Numbered from the stretch's first letter, positions 1 through 14,560 are shown. The stretch is 64,000 nt of DNA from Laetmonice hystrix (GCA_965235115.1 OZ249444.1:9548001-9612000); one strand, 5' to 3'. The notes: generated from the letters alone by a model not told the origin. Numbers and translations are program-made.

Positions 1-1941
1 ATGCGCTTTGAAAGATTTATTTCTGCCACCTTGGATTTCTTCAACTGTCCTTCAATTTCCATCTTTTTAATCATAAAGTCTTTGTGCATTCCCCAATTGA
101 TCCTTGAGCACCCAAGAGGCACCGGCGGGGCCGTGCAAATGAGGTTAGGCAATGCTCTCCTCCGAAAACACTGCATTCAAACTAGGCAGGCCAAGTTTTC
201 TCTGGGGCCATTGCAGGCTCATTTAAAGATAATTTTTACAATAAATTTTGACAGCCTCAACAAAAGTGGCATAATGGGATTTTCAGAGTGTCTATCGGTG
301 TACCTACAACTGATGCTTTAATATGAGGAAAATCTGAACTCTTAGAAATAATTTTTTGCAGTCATCTTCCACCTATAAATGGGTCTGTCTTGCGCCGTCA
401 TATGGCATCACTAACACGCCTATTTAAATGTTGATCTGTGAAATAATACATATAATAACCATAGTAATTCCCATACAGGTCTGTGTTGTATTTTTGTGGT
501 GTTTGTGTGCGGTACTACTGGCATGTTGGGAATCAGTAAAATGATGGATGAGCTCCGGGACATAGATTATACACCCCACCCCGTACCAGCCACATACAAC
601 ACTATGTAAGAACTGTGCCCTGTCATGAACGAAGATATGTACATGTACCAATCAAGGCATCATCTGCTACCACTTCATTAGTCAATTTTCCTATATTAGC
701 TTAACTCCGTAATTAGTCTCTAACGATCCCAGGAAAGTTCGGCGGGATGTATGGCGTTCCTCCTCCCTTCAGATTCTGTATTGGGTATTTAGGTTAATTA
801 ACTTCCACCTGCTGAATATATTGATAATTTTGAACGTCTGTGTTTGGGAAATGGGACGCACCTGGAACCAGTGCCAGCCGCTGTCCCCGGCCTGGCACAC
901 AATGAGAACGCGGTGTGGCACTGGTTGCTGTGGTAACCAGTCACCTGACTGCTACACCACTGTCCTCGACCTCTCTTGTCGACATTGTGTGGTATTTGTC
1001 ATGTGGCCCTTATTCACCTCCCGTCCTGCCCAGACGACTTGCCATCAGTTGACCCCCTACCGACGAGAAGGGCTTTTATCTGTCCGTAGGGGAATCATGG
1101 GTCTTATCTTGACGTTCACCTGTACGGTAGGCAATGCTGTCTGCCCACTGCCCTTCTAGTCCGGTAAAAAATGGTGGTCTACGAGGCACCCACTGAATCC
1201 CTGCCCTGTTTGACCGGCTGACATTTCTTTCTGATGTTAATATCAGGGAATCAGGCCAATGCAACTCGATCAAGAGTTGGTGTAGAAAGGCACTCGAGGC
1301 AGGCGGTATAGCTCCCTCCCCCAGGCGACTAGTATAGATACTGACATCAGGGCGCGGCATTTTCCCTCAACCAACGCCTTTACTGCTTCCAGTACCGAAT
1401 TGCCCAACGATTGGATAGTTTTTGACTATTTACCGATATCCACCCTCTGTTTTGCTACAGTTGTTTCTGTCAGATTCAAACACGTACAATCTGCTAGGAT
1501 CTGTTTAAGTTCAAGGTCAGATATTGTCCTCGGTGACACCAACGCCGGTTTTACTCAGCGTTGATTATTGATTAATGGCTTGGCTGCTTGTTCCTCTATA
1601 ATCTGTGTAGAATCTGAGGCGTGGATGGTAGGCCGTCAGCAAACACAAGGCATTCACCTGTTGTTATATGTGGCACACCCTCAGCGGGCAGTCAACTCGA
1701 CAGCCACCTCGGGAATCACACCCAAGGCTTCACGTAACCTTGCCTAGTTTTCTCACCGAAACATCCAATGCTCAATCGTACCATGAAAACCTGACGGAAG
1801 CTGAGCGGATAGCTCGGTCTATCAGACGCGCAGGTGTGTACGGTAAAATGCCAGTGGAAATTCCTGTTGTTTTACAGGTGAAAGACGTTGTTCAGGAGAG
1901 GGCATCGGAAACAGCAAGATCATACCTCAAAATGGTTCAGC

Positions 1942-2022
1942 ATTCAAGTCCTATAGTTAGCACCATATTCAAGTCCTATAGTTAGCACCATATTCAAGTC
2001 CTATAGTTAGCACCATATTCAA
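1942..2022. repeat. Tandem repeat, 25-bp unit x3.2
   Basis: ATTCAAGTCCTATAGTTAGCACCAT at 1942, 1967 and 1992, partial at 2017; perfect copies. Confidence 0.95.
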
Positions 2023-2802
2023 CCATGCAAAATAATCTACACTTTACAGTTCCTCATACAATATCCCCATACCACATTATAATATTAACACATACATATT
2101 TATACAAGCTATGTTAGCAACTATCTACTTTATCATCTAATACCGGAGGTATATTAGATATCTAATTTATCATCTACTTGAGCTACCCTGATACATTAGA
2201 CATCAATAATCACATAATTTCATAGGCCAACGACGGCAACGTTTGCGAGTAGTAGTCCGACTCATTTACTTATGCCACATACATACAGATCTTAAGATAA
2301 AAGTAAAAGATTAAAGAGAGTGTAGTGTTTATTTTCTGTGACTTTAGTTTATATCTCACTTCATAGAATGATCGACAGGATACATGTATGTACAAGTGTG
2401 AATTTTTAAAAAACATGTCATGTTAAAGTTAGTAGTGTGTTTTTCTGCGATTTTAACTCTATTATTACGAATATTAAACGTTTCAAACTACAGATTAAGG
2501 AATTAGGACTCACAAAGGAAATTCTTGCCTGGGCAGGATTATTCTTCATGGAACAATAAACTGGGCACAGATTTAATTAATGGTAAAAAGACCCGTTTCC
2601 CGGAGAGGGGGAGGGGTTGGGGGACTCTGGAATTGTCTGGAAGGAGAAGGAACTGAAATCTTGGGGGGGGGGGGGGGGGGGGAAGAAGGAAATGGGAATG
2701 AAGGTTAAGTAGTCGCAATGCATGCTGGGTTAAGGTCCTTACAGACTGTGCACCCTGCCGCCTGGTGGCAAACATGGAAAGGAGGCGAGTTTTGATACTT
2801 AC

Positions 2803-2970
2803 TGTCGGGATCATTCCTGGCACCATTGGTTGCAGGTTGGTTGCGGCGATAGCTTGCATCTGTAGGTTTCTCAATATCAAGTTATTCCGCCCATTCTGTA
2901 AAAGCTGCTCACGTAAGTGCTGGGGAGGATGTAGATATTTACAAGGGGGATCTTTCCTCTGACATTTGCC
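2803..2970 (-). CDS. mbl: Muscleblind second coding exon, 56 aa: remainder of CCCH finger 2 plus conserved linker
   Basis: Acceptor ...tttctgtattttcag|GGC and donor ACA|GTAAGT. Translates GKCQRKDPPCKYLHPPQHLREQLLQNGRNNLILRNLQMQAIAATNLQPMVPGMIPT, in frame with the 43616-43428 exon. The invertebrate-type finger-2 spacer (QRKDPP) is present. The ORF track shows only its 3' half. Confidence 0.97.
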
Positions 2971-4238
2971 CTGAAAATACAGAAATTACAAATCTCCATG
3001 AATACAAGATGACTAAAAAACATTTCTCTCACAAAGAATTCAATACTTGCTATTCATACAAGACTATAAAGGAGTACAACATCCACATACATGCAAACAG
3101 ATGCCGCAAAAGATAATACAAAAGCTAAGGGTCATGTTGCTGATAACACGAATATTTGGTCTATTTCTGCAGTAAGATGAAATAGGGGGTTTAAGTCTCG
3201 TGACCTGGATATGCAAATGACGTTAAATAGCCTCAAACCAGCTCCCGGTAGCGCCGCAAGTGCGCCAAGCGATTGTGACGTCAAAAAATTTCCCATAGGA
3301 TTAACATTGGCAGGGCCGACAGGTTCACAAAAACCAGCCTGTATATTCACAACCTAACTTTCTAAACTATAAAACAAACTTTATCCTAGAGTAAACATCC
3401 CGGTAATCATGTATTGTAACGCTCAACATTAACAGCGACTTGGCTACAGAATGAAAATATTTCAAAGTTGACTGTCACTGTTCCCTATGGCCATCGCAAT
3501 GTTAAACCAGCGAGGCTATTTGCTCCTTGTCCCGCTAACGCGAAATCTCTTGAATTCTCGTGACATACTTAAACGCCCTATATCGCATGTAAAAACACCA
3601 ATCTAACTAAAATACTACCAAACTAACTAAAATGATCAGTGACTATGTGACACAACGACATCAATAATTATTTAAAGAGGTTAATACTTCAGTACAGAAT
3701 CTCTCAGGAAATATTGCATCGATGCGGACCTTGGCCAATACGCAGTGACTGAGGAAACTAGATTATTAAATTGCTAAAATCTAAATGACAAGTGTTCCAG
3801 ACCAATAAAACCCGTCTCAATGAGTTTTCACCGGGTCACCTGTTTCTGATCCAGGGCCTGGCCACCCGGTGACCTCGATCTACCCCTCAATCACCCTCAC
3901 CTCCCACAACCCTACCCACCTTAGATCTGGAGGGTATTTGACCCCCTCCTCACCTGTATCAACCCTTCCTTAATCACCCTACTCAAGGTCTCAGCGTTGT
4001 AAGCTCCTGAGCGATAAAGGGCCTTTGACCCTACCCCATGCACTAGCTTTGAGAGCTCATCAATCGACAGAGCAGCCACTCAAAGGCCAGTCAGTCCAGT
4101 CGCCTGTGTAAGGCACTGATTGGCTGCCTTCTTGACCACCACCATTCCCCTCCAATCAACCCTCCTTTGTACGTTCTATCCAAGAAAATATAATGTAATC
4201 ATTTCATAGCATGTATCTAATGGCGGAAGGTACAATAT

Positions 4239-4916
4239 ACACCTTTTTAAATATATCTGTAGTCATCCATTATTTTCTAAGATGCCTTTGTTGTTGAAAC
4301 CCCACAATTTTTCTCCTATGGTCTGGCGATGGCAACACCTTTTTAAATATACCTGTAGTCATCGATTATTTTCTAAGGATGTCTTTGTTTTTGAAACCCC
4401 ACAATTTTTCTCCTATGGTCTGGCGATGACAACACCTTTTTAAATATATCTGTAGTCATCGATTATTTTCTAAGGATGCCTTTGTTTTTGAAACCCCACA
4501 ATTTTTCTCCTATGGTCTGGCGATGACAACACCTTTTTAAATATATCTGTAGTCATCGATTATTTTCTAAGGATGCCTTTGTTTTTGAAACCCCACAATT
4601 TTTCTCCTATGGTCTGGCGATGACAACACCTTTTTAAATATATCTGTAGTCATCCATTATTTTCTAAGGATGCCTTTGTTTTTGAAACCCCACAACTTTT
4701 CTCCTATGGTCTGGCGATGACAACACCTTTTTAAATATATCTGTAGTCATCGATTAATTTCTAAGGATGCCTTTGTTTTTGAAACCCCACAATTTTCTCC
4801 TATGGTCTGGCGATGACAACACCTTTTTAAATATATCTGTAGTCATCCATTATTTTCTAAGGATGCCTTTGTTGTTGAAACCCCACAATTTTTCTCCTAT
4901 GGTCTGGCGATGACAA
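4239..4916. repeat. Minisatellite, ~97-bp unit x7
   Basis: Unit ACACCTTTTTAAATATATCTGTAGTCATC...CTATGGTCTGGCGATGACA starts at 4239, 4335, 4432, 4529, 4626, 4723 and 4819; near-identical copies. Confidence 0.97.
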
Positions 4917-5984
4917 TATTTCAATATGTCTCCAACATGTTTATAATTGCCACAGCTCCGTCACTGGGTCACGTGTGACAAGAACCATTTGTTGAGACGC
5001 CATCCATCACTGTCGGCACCTGGAGCACCATCCTGACATACGCATATTAATAAATATTTAATATGTACACAGGCCGGCCGACTGCAGTGAAAACCTGCTC
5101 TCTGACCCGGCGCGGAGGCCAGGCGGGGTCAGCCCGGGAGGCCAGACTCATACACAGTGTTGCAGTGGTGACCAGATGTTGTATAGCATTAGCACTCATT
5201 ACATCATGTCGCTGGACTGGGGCCATATTGGCTGGAGGTGCCTTATGTCATAACGGTCCATTACATCACCATGTATTGTTATGTCCCAGACATATGATAC
5301 GCTGGTATTACCAACAGTCGGCTGAGCGGAGCCGACCAGGTCGGGACAAGTACCCAATACCCTCTTCATCTGGTACACTTTCAAACTAAACTTTTAGTGG
5401 GTAAGACTAACCTAGGCGTTACAATGACGTGGGGTGTGACATCAAAGATCCCATACAACTTACTGGTCTGTAAGTGGGATAAGGTAGGAGTTCGACATGT
5501 ACAGTATGTCCGAGTCCTAGCCCCCCTGGGCTGCAGGAGTAACAGTGGCTTCTAACGATATATGCCCCCCCATCTCCCCACCCTCCCACGTATAATTACT
5601 CGGACGGTTATAACACGTCAGGATAGACTTTACAAAGTTGGACGTAAACATATCAATACATTAAACTCTGAAAGTGCGCGTCCCTGAGAGGGAGGTAAGG
5701 GGAGGGGAGGGGGTGATGCCCCCCAGGGGGCTGAGCTACGCCCCTCCACGGGTGATTAAATGTTGTCCAGGGATTTGACACCAGTCCCAGTTGCATGACG
5801 TCCATGACAGACACGTAGAACACGATCATCATTACAGTATTAATGTTGTGGATGTTAATGGCTTGCAAAACCTAGCGTACCACCATTATGGTTCATGTGA
5901 ATTGTTTGAAATTTTACAAGGAGATTAAGGTCGTTACTGATACATACCTGGTTTATATGGTTTAACTTAACGGTCAGGAAGTTA

Positions 5985-6190
5985 AGTTTACCATGATGGT
6001 GTCAAATGCTTTACCCTCATCTACAAGCCCATGTTTTCCTCCCCTACTGGTCGTATGTTATAACCCATAAAAGTCCTGTTGAGTGCCAAGTCTGATTCGG
6101 ATTAAGTTAGTCATCGGTAGTCTTTTGTTAGAGCAGTTTCCATACCTACTTCTCGTTGATATGCGCTCCTTGTAATGATATTACGTCGGT
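5985..6190 (-). mobile_element. Decayed non-LTR retrotransposon (CR1/L2-like) reverse transcriptase fragment
   Basis: Manual minus-strand translation gives NIITRSAYQREVGMETALTK (cf. Q-S-A-Y-R..HSTETAL.K) and LVDEGKAFDTI (cf. LDLSKAFDTV), in the correct order, with stops or frameshifts between. Confidence 0.55.
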
Positions 6191-9100
6191 CTACAGTCTA
6201 CTAAATGACATCAGATTCAGCCTTAATCTCATCAAATTCACAACTTCGTTTACGTAGGAAATAAGCTGGCTTTGTTGACACCATACAGAACCGCATAAAC
6301 AATATATGAATTATGCACCACTGCCTTTTTCACTCCTTTACTCTCGTCATTCTAAAATCATACGTCAATTACATTCCGGAGAATTATAGTGTAATTAATG
6401 AACTTTCTATTGCGATTAATTATAGCTGAAATGAGTAATAACATGAATAAACTTAAATTACATATAAGCCATGATTAATACTACCTAGTTGCTATAAACT
6501 CGAAATTCAAAACCAGGCGTATTTGGGGCGCGACTTATAAAACAGATTAGTTTTAAAATCTCATATTCCGGTGAACAGATTAAAAAAATAAATAAATAAA
6601 AATAAAAGAATTTTAACAGCATGAAATTCTTGCCCCTTCCACTCACACTTCCCTATAAAGCTCCAGACTATTTTATAGACTTGAAAATCATTTTCTTTAT
6701 TTTTGTCTTTTCATTAAATAGAGCTAGTTTCTCCGATGATAAATATGTCGCAGCATTAGCGAGAGAGAACATTTCCGAAGTGCTTTCTCCGTGCAGTGAA
6801 TGGCAGCGATCGTGGCTATATCCATAATTCATGTTTCCACGGTAGGCCCACACATGCTATTGCGTGGCGCACGAACCTGGTGACATTCTGTCTCAACGGA
6901 CGGCTCCAAGTTAGTATTAGTCGTACTATTCATCCTTTTTAACGTTCTCCATTATGTAAAGGAACCAAATTACATTGCATAAGTATATGGTAATTGATGG
7001 GCCAAAGATAATGTAATTTGCCATCCTTTTCTCTGAGAGGCCTTATTTTGGCTGAGCACCCTCATCCCGGGTCTGATCCCTTGCCTTTCTAGGTGCAATT
7101 TAAATTCATTACATCCTCACAACACAAAGAGTTTTGGCTTGTGATAATCAAAGTCTGTAATTCACCAAATGCCCGTGTGAGGCAGCAGTGTCGTCAAAAG
7201 CCGTTTCGTGCGGAGCGACTTTCATCCCTTTCCTACCCAACTAACAGGAGGCAACCGTGTCTTTAGGGGCTCCGAGTCTCTTCAAATCACAGCAAGCAAT
7301 GGAGGCTGTGGCCGGTATGAAGCCGCATCAAGCTGCACCCGTGTATTGTACCGTTTAAAGGACTTCACTGAAGGTCGAGGGGCGCAGGAAAACAATTTAT
7401 GATTGTTTGCATAACTAAAGCTCTTTTGTTGTATGTAGGACTTATGTGTCATAAGTTTACAACCATTTGCCTCATCATATCCACTCATGATGTCCTAAGA
7501 TGCACCAGTGTTGTAAAAATGACAACATTATTTTTAAATGAGTATAATTAGGGAAGCCAAAGGGAGGCACGGGCCCCCTGTGGCCCCCCCCCCCCGACCC
7601 GCCTTTGATACATTACGCTTCTTGAACTGTCTGTAGAGAACTGGTAAATGTCATTGATGACAGAGATGGACTCTGAGACACAGCAGGTATTCCAATATGA
7701 TGTCTCTCTATATCTCGGACAATGAAACCGATGGTTCTGTCTAGTTTCTCAGAATGTATGAGGGCAATTCTAGTGTCTCGACATCTAATCAAACATTACG
7801 AGAAAACGTCAATTCCTTCTGTTCACTTTCCCTTTGTTCTGCCTCTTTTCTTCTTTCTTTTCTTTAAAAAAGAAACTTTGATAGACAATTTCAATTTTCA
7901 TGTTCATCAACCCTTACATGCTGGCCCTTTGTTGAGCAACTATAATTCGATCTTCAATCATGCATGACTTCGGTGTTCATCAGCATTCATTAAATAAAAC
8001 GCCATGCGCCAGAGCCAGACGACAAATATCACTTTATTAAATGGTCAGTCAATGATATGCTACAATCAGCCCGTCTCCAATTCCTCAAATACATTTTTTC
8101 TTCTTCCTCCAATGGCACAATCTACTTCTGTGCTCTAGACTTGAAGGTCATTTGACAGCGCCCGCCGCCCGTCCTACTCCCTGAAGATTTAATGGTAGCT
8201 TCACATTATTTGCGAGCTTGTAAATTCGAATTTAGCCGACTGGAGTGGGGACGCCATTGGCAGTTTGCGTGGTGTCGTGACGCTCCCCGAGAGATTACTC
8301 TTCCTACAGCCGGGCGTATATATCGAATAATTCCGCCATGGAGGCTGGCCTTCCAACGTGACCTGGACTGGCGCCAACACCGCCATCCTCGCACTCCCGC
8401 TGCTGCTGCACATAATATCAATGGCATGTCGAGGGGTTCTCCACCACAATGACAGACAGACACAAGTCAGGCTGGTATCGTGCAGGTAGACGCGGTCGTT
8501 TGAAAATAGTTCCATTTCTTTGATAGAGACCACCGCAGATAAAAAAAGATCGGCTTTTGTATTTTCTACATATACCTATCCAAACTGTTTGGCTGCGGGA
8601 CAAATTATTACAAACGTTTCCATTGTTACGTTCTATTCCACTATGATTGTACAAATCCTTCGCTTTTTCTGACACCTCTCACTATTTCTTAAAGGCTGCC
8701 ATTTCCTTCCTTAGCCTCACCACAAGACCGTTCCGATGGCGGTAGTTATAGAACTGAAGAGAAGTGATAGGATTTAGGGATTACTCTTCTAACACTCTGA
8801 TCTTATTTGGCATGCCTCTTTTAGATTGGTGTGGTAGAACCATGTTTCCCTAGCCATCAAATCAAGTGTCATTCCTTGTTGGCTAAGAGACTCTCCGACC
8901 TGCCTTACAATGTAGACACCGTCCAAAGCCGTCTGCTTCTATTCAACACGCTAAATTCACTAATGCTCTAGATGGAGTGTCATCTCGTGGTCATGGTGAA
9001 ATACTTTGTGCCCAATTTTCTGCCTTTATGGGCCGGTCAGTTGTGAGGACCAGGCGGCATTTGGTGGTCGTGTCATGCGACCGTCTCGAACTGGCCTGTC

Positions 9101-12100
9101 GGGGCGGCCTGGCAGGCCAGGAAGTGTGTTTTTTACGGGCGTCCCGCCAGGTAGACTGCTTGGCTCTTTTGACTTCTATCAAGTTACCGCTCTCGCACAC
9201 TCTCCCCCTCATAAAAAATCCCAAACATGATAGATGGGCCGGCCTGGATGTTCTGCCTGCATTCACTGACTCCTAACGTTTGGAATGCTTGCCCAGCAAC
9301 GAGCAGGATAAACAGGTAGAGCCCCAAGAAGGTGAACTAAGAATCTAATCAAGATGTATGCTTTCTGCACGGTGAGCAATGACTCTATGACGAGTACGGA
9401 AGGGGAATAAAAATTTGAAGGAGGGTCGGATTTCTATCTCCCTCAATACTAGGCTAAGTCCGGAGATATTTTATTTGGGGAGGGGGGGGGGGTGATGGTG
9501 AGGGGTGTTGAGCCCTCCTATCTTTTCGGAAACCACCAAATGACACCCTATAGAGCAAGTAAAGGAGAAAAGGGTTCCGCCGTGTCCCCGGCCTTGCTCA
9601 CCGGGGGTGGTAGAACATTTATCTTTGTGGCAGGGTGAGCTCACACACAGGTTTTTGGCCGCCGTTTTTTTCCGGTCTTACATCCCCTGGTGCCCCCCCC
9701 CCCCCCCCCCGTGGCCTTCATCCGTGGCCAAACACCGTGCCCCCTCTGCCTCATTAGCTTTCACCCCATTCCACATTAATCATTCCCTTTACCAAATCAA
9801 CATGAAATAAATTTCTGAAATATTTCTGTTAAATTTTGAGGGTTGAAGCTCTCTGTATTGTGGCTATCCCATATAGACGTTGCCCTTCATGAATTCCGTT
9901 TAGATATCACGGATATCAACAAGAACAATATCCACTTACTGCCCATAGACACGGCTGTCGCCAGACTATCCCACATATTGTTTTCAGACTCAGCTATCGT
10001 TTCTCCATACCCTAAGCTGTGGCATCATCCGCTCAGACCAATCACATGAAGTGTACCATCAACATGCTCATATTTTTCAATGAGCTATACTAAGCCAACA
10101 TGTGTTGCCAGGTGAGGCATCTCGTTGCTATGCCAACTTGTAAACAAGGCCTAAATTTAGGAGAGGCCCAAGACATGTACAGTAATATTAGCAGGCTCGG
10201 TGGTGTCTGGAGATGGTCCTATTCTGGTCGATGTTTATTGAATGAACGAGGCTATAGACATTACCAATGGGAAACATCTCAAGTGTAGAATTACAGGTGA
10301 TGCAACGTAGAACCGAAAGCAATTTTCTTTATGTCCTAAATTTACGCTGGTCAAGACCGTCATGAAAAATAAAATGAAAAAGAAAAGAAAGTCAGGAAGA
10401 CAAAAAAGAAAAGAAACACGGAGAGATAGAGCTAGAAGAAAATGGTCGCAACTATTCGTCAATTTTCGTTAGTCGAGCAATGATTGACTGTGAATGGCTG
10501 GTGTAGAACGGGAGATTTTTCACCAATACAGGTGTTCCCTGAACAGCCCTGCTACCATCAGTTAGGAAGATATTGTAAACGTTTTCAGCCTTTCTCTCAT
10601 CCTGGTAGATAATTATGTCCCTTGTCTGACTAACTTACAAATTGCAGCCATTATGTACTGTAATAGATAATTTACAGCCCAGCTGCCATGTGGCACCCTT
10701 CCTATATATCTCATCACCCGTTTCGTACATAATGCACGGTAAGCCGACTGGCCGAGTGATGTATGGCTACCGGTACTAGGATCAAAGTCTGGTAGACTTC
10801 TATCTCAGATAATCCAGGGTTGGCGACCAGAGAAGAATGGTGTAGGCTGGTGGTTGTGTGGCTGGGTGAGGAGGGAGCATTGTCTTATTATGATCACATA
10901 GGAACCGGGGGTTTCTGGGGTACAACACACTTCTCTCTCAGTACAGGAAAACCTTTGTACCTTTACAACTACCCCCACCCCGCCTTCCTGAGCTCCCAGG
11001 GTGCAGAATTCACCCAACCCTCCACTCCCAGGTGGCTGGTTCCGACCGACCCCCCCCCCCCCTCCATTTCCCAATTCCTGTGACTGATGCCGACCATAGC
11101 CAGCCAGTCTGCAGTCGACCAGCCGGCAGACCGGAGCCATTTACCAACAAATATTTCATGTTTCTTCAAAGCGCGGTGAATACCAGCGCCATGCATGTCA
11201 CTTATGCAGTTTCGCTCAGACTCCTCAGTCAAAGCCAGCAAGGAACAAATCTAATCTATCGGCCACGCTGCCTGAAAATAACGCTGCATATTGAGAAAGA
11301 GAGTGATGGATAGAGGATCATTTCCTACCGGCCTCTTTCATTGCGGCTGTCTGCACGAATGACACGCAGTCTTGACGTGCATCATGCATGTTAACCTTGC
11401 TACGACCTTGACCTCATCTAGTTGATAACCTAAAGCTGTCCATGCAACCAGGTTGACTTCTAACTGACGTATAGCGCAAGCAGACATTTCAAATCGCAGC
11501 AAAACGCTAGCCATTTTTCATATACTCAATTTTAATGATAATGCTTGCCAGAGCATGCAACACTTAGACTAGTCGCTGATGTAATCTCATCAACCTGTAT
11601 GTGAGGGTTATTTCTTACTCTGACGGCAATTACCGGGCTCAATTAATGGAGAAGAAAATGCTTCACCATCTATGGCTTCCTGTCGCTTGCTGGTTGCGCT
11701 TTTTTTCTGGCTTCCATGTCACCATTAATAAATGGCAAACACTGAATCATGGCTTGTAAACTCTCCTGGCAAGTTTCACCTGTGCAGGCGCTTTTTTCAG
11801 GTATATGAGTACAAATCAATCGCTACCTGTCTGCCTTTCATCTGGTCTTGCCACTTCCCAACTTGTATAAACGGCTTGCCATGAAGCAAAGAGAGAACCT
11901 CGCTTGGGGAGTTCCATCTCAACGTGATGTGAGATAGGTTGGTTATATCATGCTTTACCTCCATCAGTTCACAGCAGCCTCCAGCATTTTACAATCCGTC
12001 ACTTCTGGGCGGCACACAACTGTGCATTATATACCTATCTGCTCCATCCAAAGTACTTTCCAATGCCCATACATGTCCTTTTACTTTGTCCCTCCCGGAC

Positions 12101-13649
12101 GGAGACATTGTTTTTTTTGTGTCTGTGACTGTGGGTCATAGATGTTGAGGAGGACATGTGTGATTGAAGAGGTTGGCGTTCTGCCGCCGCCGCCAAGCCG
12201 GTCGACCGTCTCCGGTTGGCCGCCGGTTCCATACACATGCAATAGTCAGATTGGAACACCAACACCAACCTCCCAGCTCAGTTCCACAGTTGGCGGCCCT
12301 GACATGCAAGTCGTGTCCAGCGTGGAGCCAGTATATAACCCAGCCAGACAGCTCCCCCCAATCAGTTGTAGGCACGACACGGGCCGCTATGGAGGCCCTG
12401 CCTCAGCAGCCGGCCGGCAAGGCACTCCGCCTGCCTGTTTGGCCATCATCACTCTAGCCGCCAACCGTCTTCACAACACCACCCATCTAATGGCAATGGA
12501 AGGCTGGCACCAATACCGGCTTCACAGACATGGAGAGCGCACCTATCAGGCATCCATTTACAGGTCATCAACCGCGGCGGAAAGCAAATAATGGCGATAT
12601 ACGAGCGTAGACGTCACCTTTTACAGGCCCACATAGATAGGTAGTGTGTCGTGACCCGGCCAGGGCGTGGCCCTAGAGTCCCTTACTGTGGTCATCGCCT
12701 CAATGCGTCCACTTTACCCCCAGACAGGTTCTCTCAGCTCGTTGGGAGGCCGCCACCTCGGAACCAACTCACCCACATCTATATCCAGCCCTGATTGACT
12801 CCACACTTACCGACTAATACAGAATATATCAAATATTCTTCTTCTCCTGTAAGGCATAAACATGAAACCCATTACCACTGTACCTTAAATAATAATGTAC
12901 CCTTTTATTTCTACAGAAATACATCAATAATCCTCAGTAAAAGCCATCTTTCATTGGGTTTTACCTGATGAAACACACCACGTTTTCATGACTATAACCA
13001 AGGTGAGAACCGTCACCCTCAGCCACCTACGTCAAAAAAAAATCAATTACAGCGTATATAAACCGTGGCATGAGGGGAAGATAATTTACCCTGTACCCAT
13101 GGCAACAGGGGGTAATAATAGGCTAGAGGGTTTGACATGTGCACTTGTTGGGTGTGTGGTGTACCGAGTGGCCTTCACAATTGGCACCCAGTAAAACACA
13201 AGTTGTGATCAGTGGCAGGGATCGTTCAACGTGGGGTGTGATGTTGAAGCCATTTCATCGACAGCCTCTTCATTTGTTCAAACACACACCCACTGCTATT
13301 CCTGGTCAAATCCCAGATCACAATGCCCTATATTGGATTTGTGCTAAAGGCAATTGCGCCTGGCCTCATCCAAATGGGTGTGGTCCGAACACAATGGTTT
13401 TATGAAAATATACACCACACAGCCGCTGACCTTTGAAACCAAAATGAGTTAGTGTTCTTATTGTTATTTTCCACACTGTTAGACTTTACTTGAAATTTGC
13501 AATAACTTCACCGTAAATCTGGGAAATGGCTTGTCCTCACACATTACCTGGTGAACCAAAACGATAACCTGTAACAACACATTTATTATAACTTAAAGAA
13601 AGACTGACAGCGCTTTAACCAGAGGACCTAATTGAATTGGACTAAGATT

Positions 13650-14560
13650 TCCCAAGCTGTGAATGCACACTGGGAATGTAGTCGGACCGTGAAGTGACTT
13701 GAGTTGAACCATGATGGTAACACAATCGCAGCGCGCTGTAATAGCCACCGACCCAGCACAAATAAAGTTGTCCAACTGTCATGCAATCATTGCCAATATT
13801 CACTGCTATTGTTGCACGTGTTGACGTAATCCAGTCATTCCAAATCATGATCTGCGGGTCTGATCTGAGACAATCTCGCAGTCCATTGTGCGCCCACACC
13901 AGGCGGGACAAAATGAGGGTTTCATTTGGCACCACTCCCCCTCCCTCTCACACTGACCTCTGGCCCACATTCTGGTGGTCCACATTCTGTCCCACCCTCA
14001 CAAAAATCGGACAGAAATCTTTGTATTCAACCATGTGTGATATCAGCAAGATAGAACTTACAAAATTAACCAACACTGAATAATTTATCATGTGACACGA
14101 AATTCATGATCTCCCATGTCTAAAGTATGTGGCAAAGGAAGTCCTGGTTCATGGTCACTAAGACCGAATATAATTAGGCAGGATTTGTTTCTATTTTCGG
14201 TTTTAATTATTTCAAAAGTGTATATTCTATGTTAACCTTAGAAATCAAAGCCTTTCAGTTTCAACTTCATAAAAGTATCTGTGATATTATGATTAATATC
14301 ACTTTTTAAAATCGTGTCAAATGTTGCATTCTTTCACTGAAGCTGTTTGACGGATATCCAGATTCCCTGTTTCTCGTAAATGACAGATAGGAATTTGTCA
14401 TGATTGTGATTTTAGAGCTGAAACAGGCCAGATTTGCATCATCCAGGCCAGCTCATGCAACTGTTTGAAACCAATGAATCTTTCATACCCGACTCGTGGG
14501 ACCCACCCAGAAATTCTTGTTGGTGAATACAAGTACACTGATACAGACAAATCATGTCGG
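13650..14560 (-). mobile_element. Highly decayed L2-like LINE ORF2 remnant
   Basis: Ordered motif echoes on the minus strand: ISVL (~14550), NATFDTI (~14320), ETLILSRL (~13910; cf. ALILSRLDY) and RSDYIPSVHSQL (~13670; cf. DHITPVL..LHW). Weak, by-eye match. Confidence 0.33.

Noticed and set aside
11145-11271. Pseudo-exon with acceptor ttattttcag and donor TTG|GTAAAT
   Set aside because: Weak donor and no independent support; typical intronic pseudo-exon.
12142-12591. 149-aa ORF and overlapping ORFs (also 38317-38712, 50850-51293, 53560-54116)
   Set aside because: No recognisable domain; explained by GC-rich low stop-codon density or simple repeats.
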